From NCBI GenBank assembly GCA_964016885.1, contig OZ024740.1, forward strand, positions 10,230,001 to 10,294,000: a DNA stretch of 64,000 bases. The letters run 5' to 3'. Made by a program: the position numbers and the translations under genes. The notes beneath the pieces are model-generated. The model saw only the letters and a list, made by a program, of their open reading frames with translations. It made no database searches and was not told where the DNA came from. The number at the start of each line of letters is the position of its first letter. The stretch's first letter is position 1. Source of the DNA: Eledone cirrhosa (Eukaryota). Shown here in pieces: positions 30,001 through 44,616 of this stretch.

Positions 30001-33000
30001 TATAGAGTGTATATAGGTGTTATAGTATAGAGTGTATATAGGTGTTATAATATAGAGTGTATGTAGGTGTTATAGTATAGAGTGTATATCGGTGTTATAG
30101 TATAGAGTATATATAGGTGTTATAGCATAGAGTGTATATAGGTGTTATAGTATAGAGTGTATATAGGGTTATAGTATAGAGTGTATATAGGTGTTATAGT
30201 ATAGTGTGTATATAGGGTTATAGTATAGAGTGTATATAGGTGTTATAGTATAGAGTGTATATAGGTGTTAAAGTATAGAGTGTATATAGGTGTTATAGTA
30301 TAGAGTGTATATAGGTGTTATAGTATAGAGTATATATAGGTGTTATAATATAGAGTGTATGTAGGTGTTATAGTATAGAGTGTATATAGGTGTTATAGTA
30401 TAGAGTGTATATAGGTGTTATAATATAGAGTGTATGTAGGTGTTATAGTATAGAGTGTATATCGGTGTTATAGTATAGAGTATATATAGGTGTTATAGTA
30501 TAGAGTGTATATAGGTGTTATAGTATAGAGTGTATATAGATGTTATAGTATAGAGTGTATATAGGTGTTATAGTATGGAGTGTATATAGGGTTATAGTAT
30601 AGAGTGTATATAGGTGTTATAATATAGAGTGTATATAGGTGTTATAGTATAAAGTATATATATGTGTTATAGTATAGAGTGTATATAAGTGTTATAGTAT
30701 AGAGTGTATATAGGTGTTATAGTATAGAGTGTATATAGGTGTTATAGTATAGAGTGTATATAGGTGTTATAGTATAGAGTATATATAGGTGTTATAATAT
30801 AGTGTATATATAGGTGTTATAGTATAGAGTGTATATAGGGTTATAGTATAGAGTGTGTATAGGTGTTATAGTATAGAGTGTATATAGGTGTTATAGTATA
30901 GAGTGTATATAGGTGTTATAGTATAGAGTGTATATAGGGTTATAGTATAGAGTGTATATAGGGTTATAGTATAGAGTGTATATAGGTGTTATAGTATAGA
31001 GTGTATATAGGGTTATAGTATAGAGTGTATATAGGGTTATAGTATAGAGTGTATATAGGTGTTATAGTATAGAGTGTATATAGGTGTTATAGTATAGAGT
31101 GTATATAGGGTTATAGTATAGAGTGTATATAGGTTATAGTATAGAGTGTATACAGGTGTTATAGTATAGAGCGTATATAGGTGTTATAGTATAGAGTGTA
31201 TATAGGTTTATAGTATAGAGTGTATATAGGGTTATAATATAGAGTGTATATAGGGTTATAGTATAGAGTGTATATAGGGTTATAGTATAGAGTGTATATA
31301 GGTGTTATAGTATAGAGTATATATAGGTGTTATAGTATAGAGTGTATATAGGTGTTATAGTATAAAGTGTATATAGGATTATAGTATAGAGTGTATATAG
31401 GGTTATAGTATAGAGTGTATATAGGGTTATAGTATAGAGTGTATATAGGGTTATAGTATAAAGTGTATATAGGGTTATAGTATAGAGTGTATATAGGTGT
31501 TATAGTATAGAGTGTATATAGGGTTATAGTATAAAGTGTATATAGGGTTATAGTATAGAGTGTATATAGGTGTTATATTATAGAGTGTATATAGGTGTTA
31601 TAGTATAGAGTGTATATAGGTGTTATAGTATAGAGTGTATATAGGTGTTATAGTATAGAGTGTATATAGGTGTTATAATGTAGAGTGTATATAGGTGTTA
31701 TAGTATAGAGTGTATATAGGTGTTATAGTATAGAGTGTATATAGGTGTTATAGTATAGAGTGTATATAGGTGTTATAGTATAGAGTGTATATAGGTGTTA
31801 TAGTATAGAGTGTGTATAGGTGTTATAGTATAGAGTGTATATAGGTGTTATAGTATAGAGTGTATATAGGTGTTATAGTATAGAGTGTATATAGGTGTTA
31901 TAGTATAGAGTGTATGTAGGTGTTATAGTATAGAGTGTTGTAGTATAGAGTGTATATAAGTGTTATAGTATAGAGTGTATATAGGTGTTATAGTATAGAG
32001 TGTATATCGGTGTTATATTATAGAGTGTATATAGGTGTTATAGTATAGAGTGTATATAGGTGTTATAGTATAGAGTGTATATAGGTGTTATAGTATAGAG
32101 TGTATATAGGTGTTATAGTATAGAGTGTATATAGGGGTTATAGTACAGAGTGTATATAGGTGTTATAGTATAGAGTGTATATAGGTGTTATAGTATAGAG
32201 TGTATATAGGGTTATAGTATAAAGTGTATATAGGGTTATAGTATAGAGTGTATATAGGGTTATAGTATAGAGTGTATATAGGTGTTATAGTATAGAGTGT
32301 ATATAGGGTTATAGTATAAAGTGTATATAGGGTTATAGTATAGAGTGTATATAGGTGTTATAATATAGAGTGTATATAGGGTTATAGTAGAGAGTGTGTA
32401 TAGGTGTTATAGTATAGAGTGTATATAGGGTTATAGTATAAAGTGTATATAGGTTTATAGTATAGAGTGTATATAGGGTTATAGTATAGAGTGTATATAG
32501 GGTTATAGTATAGAGTGTATATAGGTGTTATAGTATAGAGTGTATATAGGGTTATAGTATAGAGTGTATATAGGGTTATAGTATAGAGTGTATATAGGTG
32601 TTATAGTATAGAGTGTATATAGGGTTATAGTATAGAGTGTATATTGGGTTATAGTATAGAGTGTATATAGGTGTTATAGTATAGAGTGTATATAGGTGTT
32701 ATAGTATAGAGTGTATATAGGGTTATAGTATAGAGTGTATATAGGGTTATAGTATAGAGTGTATATAGGTGTTATAGTATAGAGTGTATATAGGTGTTAT
32801 AGTATAAAGTGTATATAAGGTTATAGTATAAAGTGTATATAGGGTTATAGTATAAAGTGTATATAGGGTTATAGTATAGAGTGTATATAGGTGTTATAGT
32901 ATAGAGTGTATATAGGGTTATAGTATAAAGTGTATATAGGGTTATAGTATAGAGTGTATATAGGTGTTATAATATAGAGTGTATATAGGGTTATAGTATA

Positions 33001-36000
33001 GAGTGTGTATAGGTGTTATAGTATAGAGTGTATATAGGTGTTATAGTATAGAGTGTATATAGGTGTTATAGTATAGAGTGTATATAGGTGTTATAGTATA
33101 GAGTGTATATAGGTGTTATAATATAGAGTGTATATAGGTGTTATAGTATAGAGTGTATATAGGTGTTATAGTATAGAGTGTATATAGGTGTTATAGTATA
33201 GAGTGTATATAGGTGTTATAGTATAGAGTGTATATAGGTGTTATAGTATAGAGTGTGTATAGGTGTTATAGTATAGAGTGTATATAGGTGTTATAGTATA
33301 GAGTGTATATAGGTGTTATAGTATAGATTGTATATAGGTGTTATAGTATAGAGTGTATGTAGGTGTTATAGTATAGAGTGTTATAGTATAGAGTGTATAT
33401 AGGTGTTATAGTATAGAGTGTATATAGGTGTTATAGTATAGAGTGTATATAGGTGTTATAGTATAGAGTGTATATAGGTGTTATAGTATAGAGTGTATAT
33501 AGGGTTATAGTATAAAGTGTATATAGGGTTATAGTATAGAGTGTATATAGGGTTATAGTATAAAGTGTATATAGGTTTATAGTATAGAGTGTATATAGGG
33601 TTATAGTATAGAGTGTATATAGGGTTATAGTATAAAGTGTATATAGGGTTATAGTATAGAGTGTATATAGGTGTTATAGTATAAAGTGTACATAGGGTTA
33701 TAGTATAGAGTGTATATAGTGTTATAGTACAGAGTGTATATAGGGTTATTTTATAGAGTGTATATAGGGTTATAGTATAAAGTGTATATAGGGTTATAGT
33801 ATAGAGTGTATATAGGTGTTATAGTATAGAGTGTATATAGGGTTATAGTATAAAGTGTATATAGGGTTATAGTATAGAGTGTATATAGGGTTATAGTATA
33901 AAGTGTATATAGGGTTATAGTATAGAGTGTATATAGGGTTATAGTATAGAGTGTATATAGGGTTATAGTATAGAGTGTATATAGGGTTATAGTATAGAGT
34001 GTATATAGGTGTTATAGTATAAAGTGTATATAGGTGTTATAGTATAGAGTATATATAGGTGTTATAGTATAGAGTGTATATAGGTGTTATAGTATAGAAT
34101 GTATGTAGGTGTTATAGTATAGAGTGTATATAGGTGTTATAGTATAGAGTGTATATAGGGTTATAGTATAGAGCGTATATAGATGTTATAGTATAGAGTG
34201 TATATAGGTGTTATAGTATAGAGTGTATATCGGTGTTATAGTATAGAGTGTATATAGGTGTTATAGTATGGAGTGTATATAGGGTTATAGTATAGAGTGT
34301 ATATAGGTGTTATAGTATAGAGTGTATATAGGTGTTATAATATAGAGTGTATATAGGTGTTATAGTATAGAGTGTATATAGGTGTTATAGTATAGAGTGT
34401 ATATCGGTGTTATAGTATAGAGTATATATAGGTGTTATAATATAGAGTATATATAGGGTTATAGTATAGAGTGTATATAGGTGTTATAGTATAGAGTATA
34501 TATAGGTGTTATAGTATAGAGTGTATATAGGTGTTAGAGTATGGAGTGTATATAGGGTTATAGTATAGAGTGTATATAGGTGTTATAGTATAGAGTGTAT
34601 ATAGGTGTTATAATATAGAGTGTATGTAGGTGTTATAGTATAGAGTGTATATCGGTGTTATAGTATAGAGTATATATAGGTGTTATAGCATAGAGTGTAT
34701 ATAGGTGTTATAGTATAGAGTGTATATAGGGTTATAGTATAGAGTGTATATAGGTGTTATAGTATAGTGTGTATATAGGGTTATAGTATAGAGTGTATAT
34801 AGGTGTTATAGTATAGAGTGTATATAGGTGTTAAAGTATAGAGTGTATATAGGTGTTATAGTATAGAGTGTATATAGGTGTTATAGTATAGAGTATATAT
34901 AGGTGTTATAATATAGAGTGTATGTAGGTGTTATAGTATAGAGTGTATATAGGTGTTATAGTATAGAGTGTATATAGGTGTTATAATATAGAGTGTATGT
35001 AGGTGTTATAGTATAGAGTGTATATCGGTGTTATAGTATAGAGTATATATAGGTGTTATAGTATAGAGTGTATATAGGTGTTATAGTATAGAGTGTATAT
35101 AGATGTTATAGTATAGAGTGTATATAGGTGTTATAATATAGAGTGTATATAGGTGTTATAGTATTGAGTATATATAGGTGTTATAATATAGAGTATATAT
35201 AGGTGTTATAGTATAGAGTGTATATAGGGTTATAGTATAGAGTGTATATAGGTGTTATAGTATAGAGTGTATATAGGTGTTATAGTATAGAGTGTATATA
35301 GGTGTTATAATATAGAGTGTATATAGGTGTTATAGTATAGAGTGTATATAGGGTTATAGTATAGAGTGTATATAGGTGTTATAATATAGAGTGTATATAG
35401 GGTTATAGTATAGAGTGTGTATAGGTGTTATAGTATAGAGTGTATATAGGTGTTATAGTATAGAGTGTATATAGGTGTTATAGTATAGAGTGTATATAGG
35501 TGTTATAGTATAGAGTGTATATAGGTGTTATAATATAGAGTGTATATAGGTGTTATAGTATAGAGTGTATATAGGTGTTATAGTATAGAGTGTATATAGG
35601 TGTTATAGTATAGAGTGTATATAGGTGTTATAGTATAGAGTGTATATAGGTGTTATAGTATAGAGTGTGTATAGGTGTTATAGTATAGAGTGTATATAGG
35701 TGTTATAGTATAGAGTGTATGTAGGTGTTATAGTATAGAGTGTTATAGTATAGAGTGTATATAGGTGTTATAGTATAGAGTGTATATAGGTGTTATAGTA
35801 TAGAGTGTATATCGGTGTTATAGTATAGAGTGTATATAGGTGTTATAGTATAGAGTGTATATAGGTGTTATAGTATAGAGTGTATATAGGTGTTATAGTA
35901 TAGAGTGTATATAGGTGGTATAGTATAGAGTGTATATAGGTGTTATAGTATAGAGTGTATATAGGTGTTACAGTATAGAGTGTATATAGGTGTTATAGTA

Positions 36001-39000
36001 TAGAGTGTATATAGGGTTATAGTATAGAGTGTATATCGGTGTTATAGTATAGAGTGTATATAGGTGTTATAGTATAGAGTGTATATAGGTGTTATAGTAT
36101 AGAGTGTATATAGGTGTTATAGTATAGAGTGTATATAGGTATTATAGTATAGAGTGTTATAGTATAGAGTGTATATAGGTGTTATAGTATAGAGTGTATA
36201 TAGGTGTTATAGTATAGAGTGTATATAGGTGTTATAATATAGAGTATATATAGGGTTTTAGTATAGAGTGTATATAGGTGTTATAGTATAGAGTGTATAT
36301 AGGTTTATAGTATAGAGTGTATATAGGTGTTCTAATATAGAGTGTATATAGGGTTATAGTATAGAGTGTATATAGGTGTTATAGAATAGAGTGTATATAG
36401 GTGTTATAATATAGAGTGTATAGAGTGTTATAGTATAAAGTGTATATAGGTGTTATAGTATAGAGTGTATATAGGTGTTATAGTATAGAGTGTATATAGG
36501 TATTATAGTATAGAGTGTTATAGTATAGAGTGTATATAGGTGTTTTAGTAAAGAGTGTATATAGGTATTATAGTATAGAGTGTTATAGTATAGAGTGTAT
36601 ATAGGTGTTATAGTATAGAGTGTGTATAGGTGTTATAGTATAGAGTGTATATAGGTGTTATAGTATAGAGTGTATATAGGTTTTATAGTATAGAGTGTAT
36701 ATAGGTGTTATAGTATAGAGTGTATATAGGGTTATAGTATAGAGTGTATATAGGGTTATAGTATAGAGGGTATATAGGTGTTATAGTATAGAGTGTATAT
36801 AGGTGTTATAGTATAGAGTGTATATAGGTGTTATAGTATAGAGTGTATATAGGTGTTATAGTATAGAGTGTATATAGGTGTTATAGTATAGAGTGTATAT
36901 AGGGTTATAGTATAGAGTGTATATAGGGTTATAGTATAGAGTGTATATAGGTGTTATAGTATAGAGTGTATATAGGTGTTATAGTATAGAGTGTATATAG
37001 GTGTTATAGTATAGAGTGTATATAGGGTTATAGTATAGAGTGTATATAGGGTTATAGTATAGAGTGTATATAGGGTTATAGTATAGAGTGTATATAGGTA
37101 TTATAGTATAGAGTGTTATAGTATAGAGTGTATATAGGTGTTATAGTATAGAGTGTATATAGGTGTTATAGTATAGAGTGTTATAGTATAGAGTGTATAT
37201 AGGTGTTATAGTATAGAGTGTTATAGTATAGAGTGTATATAGGTGTTATAGTATAGAGTGTGTATAGGTTTTATAGTATAGAGTATATATAGGTGTTATA
37301 GTATAGAGTATATATAGGTGTTATAGTATAGAGTGTATATAGGGTTATAGTATAGAGTGTATATAGGGTTATAGTATAGAGTGTATATAGGGTTATAGTA
37401 TAGAGTGTATATAGGGTTATAGTATAGAGTGTATATAGGTGTTATAGTATAGAGTATATATAGGTGTTATAGTATAGAGTATATATAGGTGTTATAGTAT
37501 AGAGTGTATATAAGTTATAGTATAGAGTGTATATAGGATTATAGTATAGAGTGTATAGAGGTGTTATAGTATAGAGTGTATATAGGTGTTATAGTATAGA
37601 TTATATATAGGTGTTATAGTATAGAGTGTATATAGGTGTTATAGTATAGAGTGTATATCGGTGTTATAGTATAGAGTGTATATCGGTGTTATAGTATAGA
37701 GTGTATATAGGTGTTATAGTATAGTGTGTATATAGGTGTTATAGAGTGTATATAGGTGGTATAGTATAGAGTGTATATAGGTGTTATAGTATAGAGTGTT
37801 TATAGGTGTTATAGTATAGAGTATATATAGGTGTTATAGTATAGAGTGTATATAGGTGTTATAGTATAGAGTATATATAGGTGTTATAGTATAGAGTGTT
37901 ATAATATAGAGTGTATATAGGTGTTATAGTATAGAGTGTATATAGGTGTTATAGTATAGAGTATATATAGGTGTTATAGTATAGAGTGTATATAGGTGTT
38001 ATAGTATAGAGTATATATAGGTGTTATAATATAGAGTATATATAGGTGTTATAGTATAGAGTGTATATAGGTGTTATAGTATAGAGTGTATATAGGTGTT
38101 ATAGTATAGAGTGTATATAGGTGTTATAGTATAGAGTGTATATAGGTGTTATAGTATAGAGTGTATATAGGTGTTATAGTATAGAGTGTATATAGGTGTT
38201 ATAGTATAGAGTGTATATAGGTGTTATAGTATAGAGTGTATATAGGTGTTATAGTATAGAGTGTATATAGGTGTTATAGTATAGAGTGTATATAGGTGGT
38301 ATAGTATAGAGTGTATATAGGTGTTATAGTATAGAGTGTATATAGGTGTTACAGTATAGAGTGTATATAGGTGTTATAGTATAGAGTGTATATCGGTGTT
38401 ATAGTATAGAGTGTATATAGGTGGTATAGTATAGAGTGTATATAGGTGTTATAGTATAGAGTGTATATAGGTGTTATAGTATAGAGTGTATATCGGTGTT
38501 ATAGTATAGAGTGTATATAGGTGTTATAGTATAGAGTGTATATAGGTGTTATAGTATAGAGTGTATATAGGTGTTATAGTATAGAGTGTATATAGGTATT
38601 ATAGTATAGAGTGTTATAGTATAGAGTGTATATAGGTGTTATAGTATAGAGTGTATATAGGTGTTATAGTATAGAGTGTATATAGGTGTTATAGTATAGA
38701 GTGTATATAGGTGTTATAATATAGAGTATATATAGGGTTTTAGTATAGAGTGTATATAGGTGTTATAGTATAGAGTGTATATAGGTTTATAGTATAGAGT
38801 GTATATAGGTGTTCTAATATAGAGTGTATATAGGGTTATAGTATAGAGTGTATATAGGTGTTATAGAATAGAGTGTATATAGGTGTTATAATATAGAGTG
38901 TATAGAGTGTTATAGTATAAAGTGTATATAGGTGTTATAGTATAGAGTGTATATAGGTGTTATAGTATAGAGTGTATATAGGTATTATAGTATAGAGTGT

Positions 39001-40970
39001 TATAGTATAGAGTGTATATAGGTGTTTTAGTAAAGAGTGTATATAGGTATTATAGTATAGAGTGTTATAGTATAGAGTGTATATAGGTGTTATAGTATAG
39101 AGTGTGTATAGGTGTTATAGTATAGAGTGTATATAGGTGTTATAGTATAGAGTGTATATAGGTGTTATAGTATAGAGTGTATATAGGTGTTATAGTATAG
39201 AGTGTATATCGGTGTTATAGTATAGAGTATATATAGGTGTTATAATATAGTGTATATATAGGTGTTATAGTATAGAGTGTATATAGGGTTATAGTATAGA
39301 GTGTATATAGGTGTTATAGTATAGAGTGTATATAGGTGTTATAGTATAGAGTGTATATAGGTGTTATAGTATAGAGTGTATATAGGTGTTATAGTATAGA
39401 GTGTATATAGGGTTATAGTATAGAGTGTATATAGGTGTTATAGTATAGAGTGTATATAGGTGTTATAGTATAGAGTGTATATAGGTGTTATAGTATAGAG
39501 TGTATATAGGTGTTATAGTATAGAGTGTATATAGGTGTTATAGTATAGAGTGTATATAGGTGTTATAGTATAGAGTGTATATAGGTGTTATAGTATAGAG
39601 TGTATATAGGGTTATAGTATAGAGTGTATATAGGTGTTATAGTATAGAGTGTATATAGGTGTTATAGTATAGAGTGTATATAGGTGTTATAGTATAGAGT
39701 GTATATAGGGTTATAGTATAGAGTGTATATAGGGTTATAGTATAGAGTGTATAAAGGTGTTATAGTATAGAGTGTATATAGGTGTTATAGTATAGAGTGT
39801 ATATAGGGTTATAGTATAGAGTGTATATAGGGTTATAGTATAGAGTGTATATAGGGTTATAGTATAGAGTGTATATAGGTATTATAGTATAGAGTGTTAT
39901 AGTATAGAGTGTATATAGGTGTTATAGTATAGAGTGTGTATAGGTGTTATAGTATAGAGTGTATATAAGTTATAGTATAGAGTGTATATAGGATTATAGT
40001 ATAGAGTGTATAGAGGTGTTATAGTATAGAGTATATATAGGTGTTATAGTATAGAGTGTATATAGGTGTTATAGTATAGAGTGTATATAGGGTTATAGTA
40101 TAGAGTGTATATAGGTGTTATAGTATAGAGTGTATATAGGTGTTATAGTATAGAGTGTATAGAGGTGTTATAGTATAGAGTGTATATAGGTGTTATAGTA
40201 TAGAGTGTATATCGGTGTTATAGTATAGAGTGTATATCGGTGTTATAGTATAGAGTGTATATAGGTGTTATAGTATAGTGTGTATATAGGTGTTATAGAG
40301 TGTATATAGGTGGTATAGTATAGAGTGTATATAGGTGTTATAGTATAGAGTGTTTATAGGTGTTATAGTATAGAGTATATATAGGTGTTATAGTATAGAG
40401 TGTATATAGGTGTTATAGTATAGAGTATATATAGGTGTTATAGTATAGAGTGTATATAGGTGTTATAGTATAGAGTATATATAGGTGTTATAATATAGAG
40501 TATATATAGGTGTTATAGTATAGAGTGTATATAGGGTTATAGTATAGAGTGTATAGAGTGTTATAGTATAGAGTGTATATAGGTGGTATAGTATAGAGTG
40601 TATATAGGTGTTATAGTATAGAGTGTATATAGGTGTTATAGTATAGAGTGTATATAGGTGTTATAGTATAGAGTGTATATAGGTGTTATAGTATAGAGTG
40701 TATATAGGTGTTATAGTATAGAGTGTATATAGGTGTTATAGTATAGAGTGTATATAGGTGTTATAGTATAGAGTGTATATAGGTGTTATAGTATAGAGTG
40801 TATATAGGTGTTATAGTATAGAGTGTATATAGGTGTTATAGTATAGAGTGTATATAGGTGTTATAGTATAGAGTGTATATAGGTGTTATAATATAGAGTG
40901 TATGTAGGTGTTATAGTATAGAGTGTATATAGGTGTTATAGTATAGAGTATATATAGGTGTTATAATATA
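1..40970. repeat. Tandem satellite, 25-bp unit AGTGTATATAGGTGTTATAGTATAG with a frequent 24-bp variant (..ATAGGGTTATAG..); roughly 1,650 units
   Basis: Continuous repetition from base 1 to ~40970; + strand almost devoid of C; ends at TTATAATATA|AATTTCTTTATT. Confidence 0.98.
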
Positions 40971-40976
40971 AATTTC

Positions 40977-40982
40977 TTTATT
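40977..40982 (-). promoter_or_regulatory. Polyadenylation signal (AATAAA) at the LINE 3' end
   Basis: Minus strand reads ...GTGGCTAATAAAGAAATT and then enters the satellite, ~225 nt after the ORF2 stop. Confidence 0.6.
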
Positions 40983-41203
40983 AGCCACAAGGGCACAAAA
41001 GAAGGGAACAAATACAAATGAGGAGTTTACATACAGGTATATGAAAATAAAACTATTAATTCAATAACAAATAACAATTGAAATCCCCAATAAGGGGGAT
41101 GTGTTTCACAGGGGTTGTACACACCCCGAAAAAATGTACAACCCTCATCTCCAGGAGCACCATGAGCGAGTACTCCCTTCTTCTCTTCCTCTTTTTCCTC
41201 AAC

Positions 41204-44200
41204 CTACAGGCTTATATAGAGAGAAGGCCCAACCACTCGGGCCATCTTTGCCACATTCACCCACCTTTTATAAAATTTGCTGGGGTACAGCACCTCTCTC
41301 TCCATCCTGATTCTTCTTCCAAAATGATATTTGAAAAAACGAATCAGTTGCTCACCGGAGAGGAAGGTGTCTGACCTCAGCCCTTTTAACCTCGTCCACC
41401 ATATCACCTCTTTCACCATAGCCATAACACATAGGAAAATCGCCTCTCCCTCGTTTTTGAAGGAGGGTGGCGGTTTGATCATGGCAATGGACTCGGTGGT
41501 CAACTGGATTGGTCCCACCCGCGACAATAGTCGTTCTACATAGCCCCACAGGTCGGTAACGCCCGGGCAGTGTACAAAAGCGTGTGCGACGGTTTTCTTG
41601 TCGCGCCGCATCTCAGACAGATCTTTTTCGAAGAGTCCCTACTCGGGCGCCCGTGTCTGTAGAGCTTGTCTCGAACTGGTAGAGCTCCTCGGTAGCACTG
41701 CCAAGTCAGGGACTTTTGGAAGTTGTCCATTGGTCCCGGGCGGGAGGTCCTACCGAACAGACAGGCTAGTTCGTCCTCCTCTACGCCGAGAGTTTCTCCG
41801 AGCGTGTCGTCGCACTTGCTGCGGACCAACCCACCATAGAATGTCGAAGTGGAGTCTCCACTGTTCGCCGGGTCCGTTTGCCAGAGGACTGTGAGCGCCT
41901 GAGCACATTCGATATGCCAGTCACCCATTTTCCTCGGTCTTTGCTTGACCCAGGTCTGCAGCTCAGTCAGCGAAACGAGTCGTGGGAAGGCTCGCCTCAC
42001 GAACGGGGCCCACACCGGTTGTCTGGTGAGGAATACGTGGAGGTGCCGCAGCCTGAGCGCGTGTTTGTGCATCATCAGCCACAGCATCCCCAGCCCTCCG
42101 TTTGAAGGGTGTTGGCAGCAGATGGATCTTCTCACCAAAGGAGCCCGTTTCTTCCAAAGGAATTAGAAGAGCGCGCGCTCAATTTTGGTGAGCGTTTTGG
42201 CTGGACAAGGCACGACGGTCAAGCGGTAGTAGATGACGGACGCTATAAAAGTGTTCGCCACCTCCGCTCGACCTTTCAAGGATAATTTGCACTCGGCCCA
42301 CTTCTGAGTGAGCGCAAACACCTTGGCCGTCACCTCGTTTCAGTTCTTCTCCACCTGGAGGTCAGGACCAAAACAGACCCGAGCAGCTTTACCGGTCCTT
42401 CCGTCCAGCGTCCGACGACGTCATCGGAAGGCATCGGTTTGCCTCTCCACGTTCCAAGTTGCAAACCGACGGATTTGTCCCGGTTCAGCTTCGCTCCTGT
42501 GAACCTTTCGTATTCCTCCAGTAAGGTGCCGATCTCCCCGATTTGCGAGGTGCTCGACACCATTACTGTCACGTCGTCGCAGTCCCGGTTCCAAAGGGAT
42601 GCCCTGCAATAGCTCCAACTTCCGAAGTAGTGGCTCGAGAGTCAGTACGTACAGAAGGGAGGAGAGAGGGTATCCCTGTCGGATGGATCGCGTGATATTG
42701 AACGGCTCCGAGAGGTAGCCGTTCACCTTGACCCTTGAGCAGATGTTGCTGTTGTGCATTGCAGCAATCCAGCCCCTGAACACGGGACCGAAGCCTGCCG
42801 CCTCGAGCACCGCATCCAGGTAACGATGGTCAACCCTATCGAAAGCCTTAGACTGATCCAAGTTGATCAGGGCCCCACCGAAGCCGGGTTTACACCCAAC
42901 CCTCTCTATGATGTATCGTATGGGGTGGAGGTTGTCGTGTATGGACCTAGTCGTGATTGTGCATGTCTGCGCTTCTCCCACCAGGTTTTCGACGACAAGC
43001 GCCAGCCTCTTTGCCAACACCTTGGCCAAAATCTGTAACTCTGTGTTGAGCAGAGTTATGGGCCGGAAGTTGCCTATGTCATCCCCCTTGATCTCGTCCT
43101 TCCTGAGTAACGTGATTACGCCCTTGGTCACAGAACTGGAAATTCTCCCGTTCTGCTGCCAGTTGCAGTAAACCGCTTCCAGGAGACCGGAAAACAAGTC
43201 CGGCATTGCTTCGTAAAATTCGTAGGGTAGACCGTCGAGACCTGGAGATTTGCGTTTGCCGCTTTGGCTCAGCGCGTCCCCTATCTCATCGGCCGAAATC
43301 GGCCTTTCGCAGAACTTCGCCTCGATGTCCGAGAGTCGCGGTAGGCCGTTGAGGTATGAACCGAAATCCATAGCCCCTCCCGGCGCGCCACCCTGCCCGA
43401 ACATTTGAACAAAATGCTGCTGAAAGGCCGCGCACATTTGCTTCGGCTCACGTATCACGCGTCCGTCTTGGTCCTTCAAAGACCAAATCGTGGACTTGTT
43501 GCCACTTTTCGCCTCCGTCACTCGGGCCCAGCTAACAGCTTTGGCTCCCTCGTTTCCCAGAGCACGTATTTTGCTTCTGACAACGCAGCCTTCATGCTTT
43601 GCGTCGAAAAACTGGTCGCTAGCACGTTCTCGTCGCTAGCACGCTGGCTACGTTTCCACTCATAAGTGCCTCTTCTACTTTATCTACCAGTTCCTTTTCG
43701 GTCTTATTTCTATCTAACACTAATTCTTTACTAAAACCTATCGAGTCTAATCTAACTGCCCTCTTGAGAGAGTACCACCATCTGTTGTTGACAATGGCCC
43801 CCGTCAAGTGCTGCTTAACTAAAGTGCTAATCCGTCTACTGTAGGCTTTGCATGTCGGTAACGACAAGTTCAGCTTCCAGTAGCCGGGTCCCTGTCTCTG
43901 GGTTTTGTCAAGGTTGACTAAGCAGGTCACTAATGTGTGATCTGAATAGGCAACCATGAACATTTGTGGATAGCTTAACATGTCCCTATCCTTCTTTCTA
44001 ACTAGAACCCTATCTAGGTACGATCTAGACGTTCCGCTGCGATTAGTCCACGTCCACAGTGGCACAGTGGGAAAATCTAGTCGATATCTATCGGCCAGGT
44101 CAAATCGGCCGATTAACTGTTTGAGGCTGTTACACCCCCCTCTATCGGGACATGCTCCCACATAGTCCCAACGTGCATCTAGGATTCCATCCAGTCCCCC

Positions 44201-44616
44201 ACTAATAGCAGGGAACGGGACGTTCCCATAAAAGTCTCTAGACGTTTGAAGAAGTCTGGCCGCGGTGTCCCGGATGGGGCATATGCGGCCACCAGCCTGA
44301 AGGCTCCACCTTCAATACCGTCAACATCTAGGACCACCAGTCGACCCTCCGTGTCCAGATGTACCGTCTGTGTTACGAGGTCCAGGTGTTTCCGCAGCAA
44401 AACGGCAACCCCACCCCCACTTCCCGGCTGACAGAGAGATGCGTAGATCTCAAAGTCGTCGAAGATGGGGGCCAGTTGTCGCTCGCTGTGGATCCTGGAC
44501 TCGCAAATGGCTACTACATCCATGCTGTGCGACCTGAGGTCGTTTAAGAGTTTGCCCTGTTTCCAGGGCATCCACAGGCCGCGTACATTCACACATCCAA
44601 CTCTTATATTGGCCGT
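41204..44616 (-). pseudogene. LINE ORF2 (APE endonuclease - reverse transcriptase - Zn finger), multiple frameshifts and stops
   Basis: APE: NVRGL, LVGDW, SYLDRV, YSDH (44179-44592, 43619-44161). RT: KSPGLDG, FRPITLLN, LDQSKAFDRV, RQGYPLS (42421-43521), then DDVTV after a frameshifting deletion at ~42580. C-terminus: CLRCG...HAFVHC. The probable start reads ACG at 44614-44616 (ACG-ANIRVGCVNVRGL). Confidence 0.93.

Noticed and set aside
1-40970. Telomeric repeat (TAGGGTTA in the 24-bp variant)
   Set aside because: No tandem TTAGGG; the motif is a 1-bp deletion variant of TAGGTGTTA, and the G-rich strand points into the window rather than toward base 1.
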